From Psammoneis japonica (Eukaryota): a stretch of DNA of 64,000 nucleotides. The notes under the pieces are model-generated. The model worked only from the letters and a program-made list of their open reading frames with translations, had not been told where the DNA came from and did not search any database. Positions 1 to 10,743 of this stretch are shown here, one piece after another; within the stretch, counting starts at the first letter, position 1, and every line of letters begins with the position of its first letter. Where the stretch lies: positions 434,001-498,000 of the forward strand of contig QPGO01000025.1 in the NCBI GenBank assembly GCA_008632985.1, in the 5' to 3' direction. The position numbers and the translations under genes were made by a program.

Positions 1-415
1 CTTTTTCAAAATATTCCGGAGGAATCCCACTTGCCTCTGGGCTTAACGCTGCTTCCAAGACCTGGTTGGCATTCCAAATCATGCCCTCGAGGGTGGTGCC
101 CGGTGGTCCTTTGGTCGACATGGTGCTGCTACCGTACTTATTCTGTCAAATCTTGGGAACAAGATCAGAAGCGTGTCAACAAGAACAGTTCGTCAGTGGC
201 GAGTTCTGATCATTGAAATTATTAGAGACTATTTATAGCTAAATATTGGGATTTTGGAATTTTGAAGGTGGTACTGTACGTAGCGAAGATACTGAATTTT
301 TACAGCGCGCGCAGTTCACACGCTCACAATACACTCACCCGGAGCGAGCCATTACAGACCTCCCACCTCCCAAGCCGGGAGTGGGAGCGAGCGGATAGAT
401 AGATAGCGGGTAACC

Positions 416-1174
416 ATGATGATACCAGAAGTTGTCGTCGCTCAAACTGCACTCCCCATTCTCGTTCGTCGTGGTGGTTCGTCGGCATGGCAGGTTCTTG
501 AGAAGCGATTCCCAATAAACCGTGTTTTCTGCATTGGTCGGAATTACAAAGAACATGCTGTAGAAATGGGAGCAGATCCGCGAGAACCTCCTTTTTTCTT
601 CCAAAAGCCATCCAGTTCTGTGTTTGACACTTTCAGAGAAGGTGACTGTGTTGCGGAAGTTCCCTATCCATCAATGACAAAATCACTGCACTACGAAGGC
701 GAGCTGGTGGTTGCAATCGCAAAAGAGGGTGGTGGTACAAACAGTGGTATCGCGGCGCGAGAAGCGGACTCATATATTTTTGGATACGCCGTTGGGTGCG
801 ACTTGACACGTCGAGACCTACAGTCAGAGGCAAAGAAACGATCGCGACCCTGGTCGACTTCCAAGGGTTTCGATCACAGTGCTCCCTGTGCGCCGATCGT
901 CCCGAAAGATCAAGTCACAGTTAGCGGCAGCACATTTCTTAAGTCGCACATCAACGGCGAGAAGCGCCAAGAGACTACTTTGGATCACATGATTTGGTCA
1001 ATTGCAGAAACGATTTCAGATCTCTCTCGCTACTTTCGTCTCATGCCTGGAGATCTCATTTTTACTGGTACCCCAGCCGGCGTAGGTGAAATCAGAGTGG
1101 GAGACTTAGTATTAATAAGTTGCGGTGAACTGCCGCATTGCGAGTTTATTGTCGGTGACTCGATAGAAAGCTAA
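416..1174 (+). CDS. FAHD1: Fumarylacetoacetate hydrolase family protein (FAHD1/acylpyruvase-like)
   Basis: Motifs FCIGRNYKEHAVEMG, PFFFQKP, LHYEGELVVAI, DLTRRDLQ, WSTSKGFD, GDLIFTGTPAGVG; intronless ORF. Confidence 0.92.
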   Translation: MMIPEVVVAQTALPILVRRGGSSAWQVLEKRFPINRVFCIGRNYKEHAVEMGADPREPPFFFQKPSSSVFDTFREGDCVAEVPYPSMTKSLHYEGELVVAIAKEGGGTNSGIAAREADSYIFGYAVGCDLTRRDLQSEAKKRSRPWSTSKGFDHSAPCAPIVPKDQVTVSGSTFLKSHINGEKRQETTLDHMIWSIAETISDLSRYFRLMPGDLIFTGTPAGVGEIRVGDLVLISCGELPHCEFIVGDSIES

Positions 1175-1519
1175 CTTGTCTGTCTAGTAGTCATACTGTG
1201 AGACTTTGTACAACTTTTGTGGAACTTTACAAAGTTAGCAAGCTGCTTATGATGGGCAAACGTGAATTAAAAAATACAATGGGATTCTGGTTACCAGTGT
1301 ACTGGGGAGTAAAACGTTCACTGGGATCCCCGTCAGCAGCGCTTTGCCGGTCGGCCGTATTCGTCATTAGCGTAATGGAGGTGGAGAGTGGCTCTTGCTC
1401 CTCATCCGTCTCGTAGCGACAATCGCGCGCTTCGCAAGCCCTGCTCATGAAGTTGTCACCTGAAGGAGCCCAATGATGAACAGGGCTGAGAACAAATGCA
1501 GGCGCACGAGTCAACTGAC

Positions 1520-2710
1520 GATGATGTCAAAGACACAGAGGACAATGAAGCAATTGGTGTTGCATGTTTTGAAGAGGACTCCTTTAGCAACTGGGCACTC
1601 TCAAGCTCTCACGTGCAGCTTCCATTCCTGTGACCATTGAGTGAACGAGGACATGTGTGAAGAAAGAAGCTGTTGATGTGATGTTTTGTGGTGGCTGCTG
1701 TTGTCACTCAACAATTGTCTCTTCTTGAAACCTCATGACACATTTGTGCTTTGGGTGGACCTTTGTTGTTGAGTTCATTGTTCTGTTGATGCAGTCTCTT
1801 CAATTGTGCACAAAATGACCTCACACAGCCAAGTTTGAAGTTGTTCTTGCCAAATGCAGACAGAAGGAGCTCAGCATCAAGCTGCTGCATTTGCAATTGT
1901 TGCAGAGCCCAGCAAGTGAGCAAAGAGCCTCTTGACAAGCCAGCTCCAACTCATGAAGTTTGCGCAGCCAAACTTTTTGGTTTTCGGTCTGGCCCTTTTT
2001 CTTGCTTTTTGCTCTCTGAGAGGTGCTGTTTCAAAAAGCACCCAAAACCTGTCATGGCTTTGTGTTGGGCAGCACTGCAAATCCCTTGTTCTCTGTCTTG
2101 TGGCACCCAGTGTTTTCATTGTGCCCACAGCTTCGAACACCAGCATGTTCTCATCTCTTGTCTGGTGCTCTTCTGCAATCATCTTTCTGTTCCTCCACTG
2201 CTGCAAACAAAGCTGTCACAAGACCGCAACAATTGGAAGCATTCCAGATGGCCAGCAAGACTGCTGCAATGGCCAGAGCTGCAGCCATGCAGGGAAAACA
2301 GGAGGATGGCACCACAGCTTCCAGGAGCCACCGCCCCCAAGAAGAGATGTGCACAATCAAAAAGACTTGGTGCGCCACTCATTGGATTGTGAGACAAATG
2401 TGAACTTTGTGACTTGTGCCTCTGTTGTTTGTGGGAAACTCTGAGTTCTGTGCAGGTGAGTCCACCATTGAGCTGAGTTGGCGAACGAAGTCGTGGCCAC
2501 AATGCACCGGGCCCTGCCATGGATTGCAGTGGGTCCTGGGTGGGACACGAAGTGCAGTGCTGCCCAATGTTGGGTCAAGGAGATTGTTTGAATGTCAAAT
2601 TAGTTGTTGCTCTTGTTGCTTGTTACAGCAGCACATGTCATTTGCCGGGGTGTCCCTGGATGGAATGAAGTCCAGATGGGAACACAAGTGCTTTTTGGAA
2701 GTGCGGCTGT
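1520..2710. other. Hypermutated CpG- and TpA-depleted island, possibly a decayed minus-strand gene
   Basis: Abrupt switch to TG/CA-rich sequence with few CG and almost no TA; ORFs here nearly lack Tyr and are rich in C/H/Q/W; boundaries approximate. Confidence 0.75.
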
Positions 2711-2957
2711 AGTCTACCGTATCTGGGGGCGGGTCGCGCAGCCTGACGATGCGAGCAGAAGGTTAGGTGCCCCTGGGCGGAGCTGAGCTGAGAACGGGCG
2801 ACGGGTGGGAACGGCGGCAATGGTGCGGTGCTCTCGCGCTGCAGCCGGGCCTTTTAACTGTTCACGTAGCGAGATAAAGTGGACTCATCGCAATCAACAC
2901 AGACCTTACAGACATCGTCTCTGCACTGTGCACTAGAGCGTGCAATCGAACCAAACA

Positions 2958-3317
2958 ATGACTGACTCATCGCCACTACCGCCAAATCGATTTGAATTGG
3001 AATTGGAGTTCATTCAGTGCTTGGCGTCGCCCGCATACCTGCATTACTTGGCAACGACGGGCACATTGGACGATCCAGCTTTTATTGAATTCTTGAAATA
3101 TTTGGAGTACTGGAAGAAGCCTGAATACGCCAAATTCTTGCAGTACCCGCATTGTCTCTACTTTCTGTCGCTTCTGATTGAGAAACCGCAATTCCGACGA
3201 GAACTAAATAACGTGGCCTTTCGTAATTTTGTCCATGAGCAGCAGTTTTACGCATGGCAGTATCGGGCGTCCACTCTGTATGGAAGAGGACTCAATCAAG
3301 AAAACGACACCAAGTAA
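2958..3317 (+). CDS. MED31: Mediator subunit 31 (SOH1)
   Basis: RFELELEFIQCLASPAYLHYLA...FIEFLKYLEYWKKPEYAKFLQYPHCLYFL; ATG at 2958. Confidence 0.95.
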   Translation: MTDSSPLPPNRFELELEFIQCLASPAYLHYLATTGTLDDPAFIEFLKYLEYWKKPEYAKFLQYPHCLYFLSLLIEKPQFRRELNNVAFRNFVHEQQFYAWQYRASTLYGRGLNQENDTK

Positions 3318-3721
3318 TTACGACATAATCAGAATGCTCCCAAACAATGCTATCATGCAAGGTTTCGATACTTTGGTTGTATCACGAAGCCACGAACCAG
3401 TTATCTCGATAGAGAGCTCTGAAATGTCCGAAGCACAGAATGGGTAGCATTCTTCTGTTTCTGAACTAATTATAAACCAAGGTTGAATGAAACTCAGTGT
3501 ATTGAGCAATCAGTCGTGCCGCATAGTATTCGAAGTTTTGGTACTTTTTGGGACCAAGTTACTGGTTCAAGCGCTCATAGAAATCTCATCCTTACTTCCT
3601 ACATGCTACCGGTAGAGTTACCCGTCTGCACGAGTTTACGAGAGCTCACACATACCGTAAAACCGTTGGTACAGCTTCTTGAGAAAAACGTAGCTGCACA
3701 TATCCAAGGCGACGGGGACGG

Positions 3722-6700
3722 CTAGAGGTCAAAGAACTCGAGGTGTATGAGTAACCGTGAATGCCCCAATTGCTTCAACAGGGTCTCTCGAATATTCTTC
3801 TGAAACAGTCGTGGTCCACAGGTGTAACAAGGGATCTCATCGGGCTGTTCGAACTTCTTCAACGTCGACGAAAGCAACTCTAAGCTTACCCGCTCTGTCA
3901 GCAAATTCACGTTTGGGAATGTTGACTTGATTTGATCCGCGTTCTTCTCGGTTTCTGTATGGTTCTTGCCCGTCAAACACAGGGTGAAATCAAAGAAAAG
4001 TTGTTCATTCTGCTTGTCGTACTCCTTCGAAATTTCTAACAGTTCCTGTAGGAATGGAAATTCGATTCCCCTTTCTGAATGGATCAAACATAGGTAGATC
4101 TTCTCTTTAACAAGCCTCTGACGAACCAACTTTACCACAAAACGTATGGCACTCATAAAAGCGACAACGCCAACGCCTGCGGAAATCATAAGGCGTTGCG
4201 TCCCATCTACTGGATCGGGGAGAACAAAATTCCCTGCCGTTGTCAACAACTGACAGCTCGCTGGCGGTTCAATTTTGTTAACCAAAAAGGGCGAAACACG
4301 TCCGCCGACAACCTCCTTGATAAGAAATTCGAGATTGTCGCTTGTGCGGGTGACAGGGTCTGGGCAGGAAGCAATTGAGTAATATCTGTTTACATTCTTC
4401 CCGTCGATTTTCCATCGTAGCCGACCAAACTGCCCTGCCTTGTGAGATACTGCCTGGTCGGCCTTGAATCGGAGAATGACCGTGTCGTTTACCGCTATCT
4501 TTTCTTGTAAGGTCAACACTGTCTTTTCAGAAACCTTAGCGGTCTCAGCCACGGGACGAAATGGCATCACTAACTCTTTGACAGTTGGACAGCAGGAATT
4601 CTCGGATTTGTATTCCGGTATCATTGATACAGCTATCGTATCCCACAACAAAGCCCATTCCAGTGCTGCATCCGCCGTGAATCTTTTACCGAATGTCTGC
4701 GACGCCACTGACATCCAAGCAGTGCCAGCGGGGCCCAACTTCTCAACAGTTACCCCATGATGAATCCGATGACGCCGCCCAAGAGAATGCAATCGATCTA
4801 AAGTTGCCGACATGTCGTTTTCGTCCAGCATTTTGTTGACGACACTGCGGTACCTGTCAGCGGCCGACAATGGCTCCGTTGTGCTGCCAACAACCAATGA
4901 GGCAAATGAATCGAAAAACTTGTGAAACTCTGACGGAGCATGGTCTCGGAATTCTCGAAGAGCCACGCAGTTGACTACGCCTCCGATAGCACGATCCTTC
5001 TCATCGGTCAACATTTTGCTTAGGATAGACACCCCCTTGGTCCATCCAACCATCATATAATTCAGCATGATACCAATGACAAAGCTCCACGCGTCCCTTG
5101 TTTCCCCGTGAAACTTACTGCGCCCAAGCATTTCTTTCAATGTTGCGAGTAATGGTGCGGTAAACGAAAGCATTTCTCGACTGCCAACCAAATGGTGTAC
5201 ACGGTGTCGGGCCCCAAGATCAATCAGACAAGGCCGCAAGACTTCTTCAATGTCTTCGTTGATGCGAATGAGAACGGCGTTGAGCTGATGAACAAAATTC
5301 TCTCGCTGCATAGCCATACTAGGTGAACCCTTGAACATTTCAGTTATCAAGGGATCACTGTTGATAAAACGGTCATAAAAGCTTTCGGAGAATTCTTCTT
5401 TAGAAAACATGTAAATTTCGTTCCATTGCTCGCTTACGAGCTCTCTTTGAATGGCCCGAAACGTATCGCGCAACTGGTCGATCCCAAATAAGGATAGAAT
5501 AGATGTTGAGAGGACATTGGACAAGCCAATGGTAATGTAGTGACCAAGTCGAGTGACCATTGTGAGCGGCAAAATGGTCAAGAAAAGCGCCTTCATTTCG
5601 TCCGAGTTGAGTCCTTCCACGAGCTGACTACTAGCTTGGTGAAAGGATTTCCACGAGCCGTGTCACTTTGCCATGCTCTGTAGTGCTGAATAACAAGCCA
5701 CAATTTGTCCACAAAATCAGGTTGCTCTTCTCTGAGCCAAAGGGCAAAGTACATATAGCCTCTTCTTGCAAGAGCATCATGCATTCGGGGGAAAAAGTCC
5801 CTCTTCTTTGATTCCCATTCCTCATCAGTCGTAGTACGCGATGCCTTGAGAATGGCAGGATGTAAGGGTGGAATGATAGCCCGGTATAATTGGACCCAGT
5901 ACTGCATGTCTTGTTCCAACGTAGGCGCTACAGAAATGGCAGCAAACGCAAACGCATCCGAGGCGAACCACAAACTAGACGGTGGAATACCGTAATGAAC
6001 CAAGCGTGCAACAAAGGCATCCCGATGTCTATTAAATTCTGCTGGATTGTCAATCTCGCGAATAAATTCTGCAAGCTTGTCATCGAAATCGCGTCCGAGT
6101 AGTGGGATGGAGACCCCGCCGAAGCAAGCAGCCGCTGCAGAGTCTTGGGAATTCAGGAATTCATAGAACCGCGCACCAAACGAGTGTCCCTCCACCTTTA
6201 AAAGCGTTTCATGAATCGCCTTTATATGTTCCTTGGAAGTTTCACTGAGATTCACTTCATAGTCTGGACCCTCATCAGCCTGCGTCGCCTTGACGTGCTC
6301 TTGTGCCTTCTTTAACAAAAGGCGTGCGATCGACCGAGGCAACTTGGAACCGAGAGCTTCCATTGAGCTCATTGCAAGTTGTTGAGGAGTGGAAATCTCG
6401 AGTTCGAGTAAGGATTCAAGGTACTTAGTTTTGTTGATCTCGGAAAGAAAGTCCTTGAGTGGCTGAATCTCCCTCTCCTCGAGCGCTTTTTTCTTTAGCA
6501 ATCTAGCAACCATGCGTGGTACATCAGCAGGAACATTCTCATCAAGGATATCATCAATGCTAGTCTCCGCTTTGATCAGAACTGGGAGAAACTTCATCTT
6601 TTTAGCTGTTCTAAGCAAGGCCCTCAAGTCATAAGTTTGAATGGCCCTTTTCTCCAACAAGCGGAGGACCATGCGGGGTATCTCCTCCGGTTGCCCCACC

Positions 6701-6813
6701 TTTTCGCTGTCAGCCAAGTCGTCGACTTTGCATCCTTTCAGGAATTCGAGGTACTTCTCCTTCCCGACCGCCTGAAGAAACAGGGCGAGCTCCTGTTCCG
6801 TTTCGTCTTCCAT
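3722..6813 (-). CDS. Multidomain flavohaemoglobin-like protein: 3 SAM-like repeats + at least 3 globin folds + FAD- and NAD-binding FNR domains (about 1030 aa; one apparent frameshift between 5593 and 5662)
   Basis: Overlapping ORFs 5593-6813 and 3722-5620. Repeats of the type LxxFLxxxxKxKYL...PRMVxRLLxKxA; globin motifs FGARFYEFL, FYDRF..DP...MF, DLGARH, SLGRRH; reductase motifs GQF, RYYSIAS, GRVS, SAGVGVVAF, CGP, IHLEFF. Confidence 0.8.
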
Positions 6814-7294
6814 GGCAGGCGGCGAGAGTGTCGCTTGCTACTTGTCGTCCCCTTCGGTAGGTATGCTAGAGTTTGGAAGTTGGTCGTTCTGTACTGTGTT
6901 GTACAAGGTTGGCGGGAAATCCTGGGCAACACCTGGGGCAACATGCATGAACAACGGTTTTGGTCAGAAAAGAGGTAATGAGTCACCCTAGTTAACCGTT
7001 AAGCACGTCACAAGACGTGGCACGCGCGCACGGTGGCGTCTTCTGCCGGAATTTGGGGAATTTCAATTTTTCGATCAATTTTCAGCAGTGTTTTTGTTTC
7101 CCCGCTGTTTTCGTTGCACTGTAGTTTCTCGCTTGTTCGCCCTCATCACTCCATCACCACCGATACTTCAGGTTGAATAAACGTTGTGACTGTACAGTAG
7201 ACGACGACGACTCTGTCTACCTACTCTCTCCCGTTCTTTCAAAAACATTCGTCACTTGGCTTCACACGTTTTGTAAAACTCCCCTTTGATAACA
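6814..7294. promoter_or_regulatory. Putative bidirectional promoter of the two globin genes
   Basis: 481 bp between divergent ATGs; TGAGTCA at 6979-6985; inverted ACGT boxes CACGTC-acaa-GACGTG at 7004-7019; CGCG run at about 7023-7029. Confidence 0.55.
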
Positions 7295-8402
7295 ATGGAA
7301 GCGGTCCTTGAAGCATGTGACCTTTCGCAATTGGCTTCGCCCTTGAAAGACATGGGCATTGAATCGTTGGATGAGCTTACGTCCTGCGAAGCGGAAGACA
7401 TTGTGAGCGACTTGGATGTAGATCTCGCACAGGCCAAGAAACTGCTAAAGGCGGCAGAAGATGCACTCCTCATGGAGCGCCGCAAAACCGCCATTCAAAG
7501 TACGTGGCAAGCTGTTGGAGACTCGCTTGGTGTTGAAGCCACCAAGCTGTTCTATTCGCGTTTGTTTGAAAAGTATCCAGAAGTCAAACCTATGTTTGCT
7601 GATGCAGATATGGACGCCCAAGCCGAAAAGTTGCTCAAGACAGTCACACTTGCTGTAGACTATTTGAATGATGTAGAATCGTTGGTTCCGATTCTACAAG
7701 AACTCGGCGCACGAGTAAGTCTGGTGTCATGTCTGTGTCTTGTATCCAAAGTCATCTCTAACAATTCACATGTCGACGTTCGACTACTACTCATAGCACG
7801 CCAACGAATGGAATGCCAAACGCGAGCACTACGATGCGGTGGGTGAGTGCCTCTTGTGGACGTTGAAGACTGGCTTAGCCGATGCCTGGACGCCGGAGGT
7901 GGCTGACGCGTGGACGTGGGTCTACGGGGTAATTGCTACTACAATGGCGGATGCCGGAGACGAGGCGCTCCTAGAGTCTCGCAAGAAAGCTGTCCAGGAC
8001 TCGTGGCAGACGGTGAAGGATGCACTCAACGTAGAAGCCACCAAGCTCTTCTACAAGCGGTTGTTTGAGGAACACCCGGAGGTAATACCGTATTTCCAGC
8101 ACTCAGACATGGATGAACAATCAGAAAAATTATTCAAGACTGTAAGCTTGGCGGTCGACTATTTGAACGATGTGGAAGGATTGGTGCCTGTTCTACAGGA
8201 GTTGGGTGTACGTCACGCCACTGAATGGAAGATTGAACGCAAACATTACGATGCGGTCGGAGAGTGTTTGATATGGACCCTAAAGACAGGATTGGGGGAT
8301 GCTTGGAACGATACACTAGAAGATGCGTGGTTGTGGTGTTATGGACTGATTTCCAAGACCATGGCCGATGCTGCTGACAAGGCTGTTAAAGGCGATGATT
8401 GA
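7295..8402 (+). CDS. SAM-like domain + two tandem globin domains (flavohaemoglobin-family globins, no reductase); intron 7715-7796
   Basis: Splicing GTAAGT...CATAG joins ELGAR|HANEWNAKREHYDAVGECLLWTL, which matches the second domain ELGVRHATEWKIERKHYDAVGECLIWTL; both domains have TyrB10 (LFY), PheCD1, GlnE7 and HisF8. Confidence 0.92.
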
Positions 8403-8764
8403 CCGCAACAGCCACCAGAGCTTGTAATCACGCGTCGCTAACACAAAAGTAGAAGTAGTGTGCTCGCAGTCTTCTTCTTGTTAGATAGCTGATTGCTCTC
8501 GTCTTGTCATGGCTCTTTTTCTGTATATGTATAGTCGGAAGACTTAGTTTACGAGTAGGAAGTTGTAACTTTAGCTCTCGTGGACAAACGACACAAAGAC
8601 GGAGCAATCCGAGAAAAATAGTGTAAAGGATAGGTAATGAGCTTCAAGTAACGGTTCCAACCGTCGTGACTAGACTCCACGCTTCTCGTTTTTGGCGAGA
8701 TAAGCCGCACACAACATGACACGACTGCAAGGGATTGGTGATTCGGGATTGTGAACAACTCGCA

Positions 8765-9920
8765 ATGACGGCATCACCCTTGAGGATAAACTGCTGCAGT
8801 AGCGATACAACGATTGCCTGTAAGCGTATTGGAAAAAACGATGCTGATATTGAGGAGCAGAAGGGTCAAACAAGCTTCCTGGGCACCCTGTTACAGCGTA
8901 TGAACCCTCGCGTATGTCTCGGTCCTGTGACGGGGAATGTGTATGCGGCGTCACCGCTTGAGTCAGTCGTACCCAATCTTCTTGACGACATTAACAGTCA
9001 GGACGAGGTTGAGGCGCGAACAGAAGCCTTGCGGCGTCTCTACACCTTGACAGACCTTGAACACAAAGAGAATCGGTGAGTCTTGCTTTCAGTTTCATAG
9101 TCGTGGAAGAACATACGGGTATTCTTGCACACTTCACTGACTGTTCTAACCGCGTCTTGTATCATTGTGTGTTTATAGGGTACCTCTAGTTTGTACCGAT
9201 AAGTGGAATGTAGTGGAGACGCTTGCCAATATCATTTCAGCTAAAACTACCACGGAGGATAGACGGCTAGCATGTTTGATACTCAACAATCTCTCCATTC
9301 CGTTTGAATGCAAATCAGTCATGGTACTCGGTCCCACTTCGGAATTGCTGCTCGGTGCGCTGTGTTCTGTGATTCGACACAGTCATGCCGAGTCTTATCT
9401 ATGCTGTATATGTCTCTTTAATCTATCCTTTTTGGAGGAAGCTGTCGAAGCTGTTATCAATTACGCACCGACACGTGAAGTCGGTCCGTTGGACAACCAG
9501 AATTCTTTACTGAGAACCATTGAATTCATGATGAAAACATACTCCCCGTTGATACTGAGTAGCAAGGTTATGAGTGTAGAAGGAGAGGCGGTGCGATGGG
9601 CGACTGGATTGATTCGCAACTTGACAGACCGTGAGGAATCTTGCGAGTTGATTTCGGAGACTGTCATTCCTGAACTTGTCTGTTTGCATCTCAAGGAAAC
9701 ACCAAATCCCTTGAACAAGTGGACAAAGGATTCATTGGAGGACTTGAGTTTAATGGTCCTGTGTAACTTGGCGAAATACCCCGAGTCTCTGGCAAAGCTT
9801 CGACAGATTGAAGCGATGGAAGCCGTGGAAGGAATTGTTGGGCAAGGAGGCATACACGACTTTCGAGCCGCCATGGTTCAATGCAGCCTTGAATCACACA
9901 AAAATCTTGCGGCTTTCTAG
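8765..9920 (+). CDS. Armadillo-like helical repeat protein; intron 9076-9178
   Basis: In-frame GT-AG splice ENR|VPLV; ARM-like LNNLS, LFNLS, IRNLT, LCNLA motifs. Confidence 0.65.
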
Positions 9921-10743
9921 TTGCAGTGTATATCACGTTTGATACAATAATGCTATAGAAATCATAAGAATGAAATGATACGTTATCTATCTTGGAACTA
10001 GCAGATATTCGAATGGATACTGATGAGACTTGTAGAAGATGAGGGCTTCGTATGAACCCAGTGTACAGCATATTCACGGCCTCACACCGCATTCCACGCC
10101 CTCACAAGTCAACTGCGCGGGGGATAGCGGATGCCAGACTAGCACAGCTAAAGCTTTCGAGCTTAAAGCAGCAGGGTAGTGTAGACGATACATTTACGCA
10201 AGAAACCTTTAAAAATTGTCTTGAGACCCTCTTGTTACAATATTTGTGTTTACTTTCATCTGTAAGAGCTTGTAAAGTACTCCTAGCTAGGCCCTACTAC
10301 TTTATTACAGATAGAGTAGAGTAAAGGTTACCACACAGTGCTCATTGCTCGTTTGAACTCTACGTCAGTTACCATACATAGTTGTCTGTGCTTCAAGGAA
10401 ACTGCTCTGATATCTTTTTGCGCCATACTCGTGCACTCAACGGCAGAAAATCAATATATTAAACTTCAAAAAGGTTTATGTTATGAAACCCAACGCTTTT
10501 TATTTTCGAATATAATACTGAATAACGTGATACGTGTCTCGACCTTATCAAAGCTCAGAGACGAAGAGTTGAAATTTCAGTTGAGTGTCACGCGCCCGTT
10601 CCCACGTCGCTTCCCGCTTCCCGTGGGCGCATTTTTGCCCCAACCCACAACATACAAGATGCCCATGGCATTACAAACGCAATCCAGAGAAAGCAACTAA
10701 GGCTACATCACTTGGGAAATTGAATCCTTTGGATGAAGTAGGA

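Noticed and set aside
5593..5662. Programmed ribosomal frameshift joining the SAM-globin ORF to the globin-reductase ORF
   Set aside because: No clear slippery heptamer, and many unrelated genes in the window show similar 1-nt breaks
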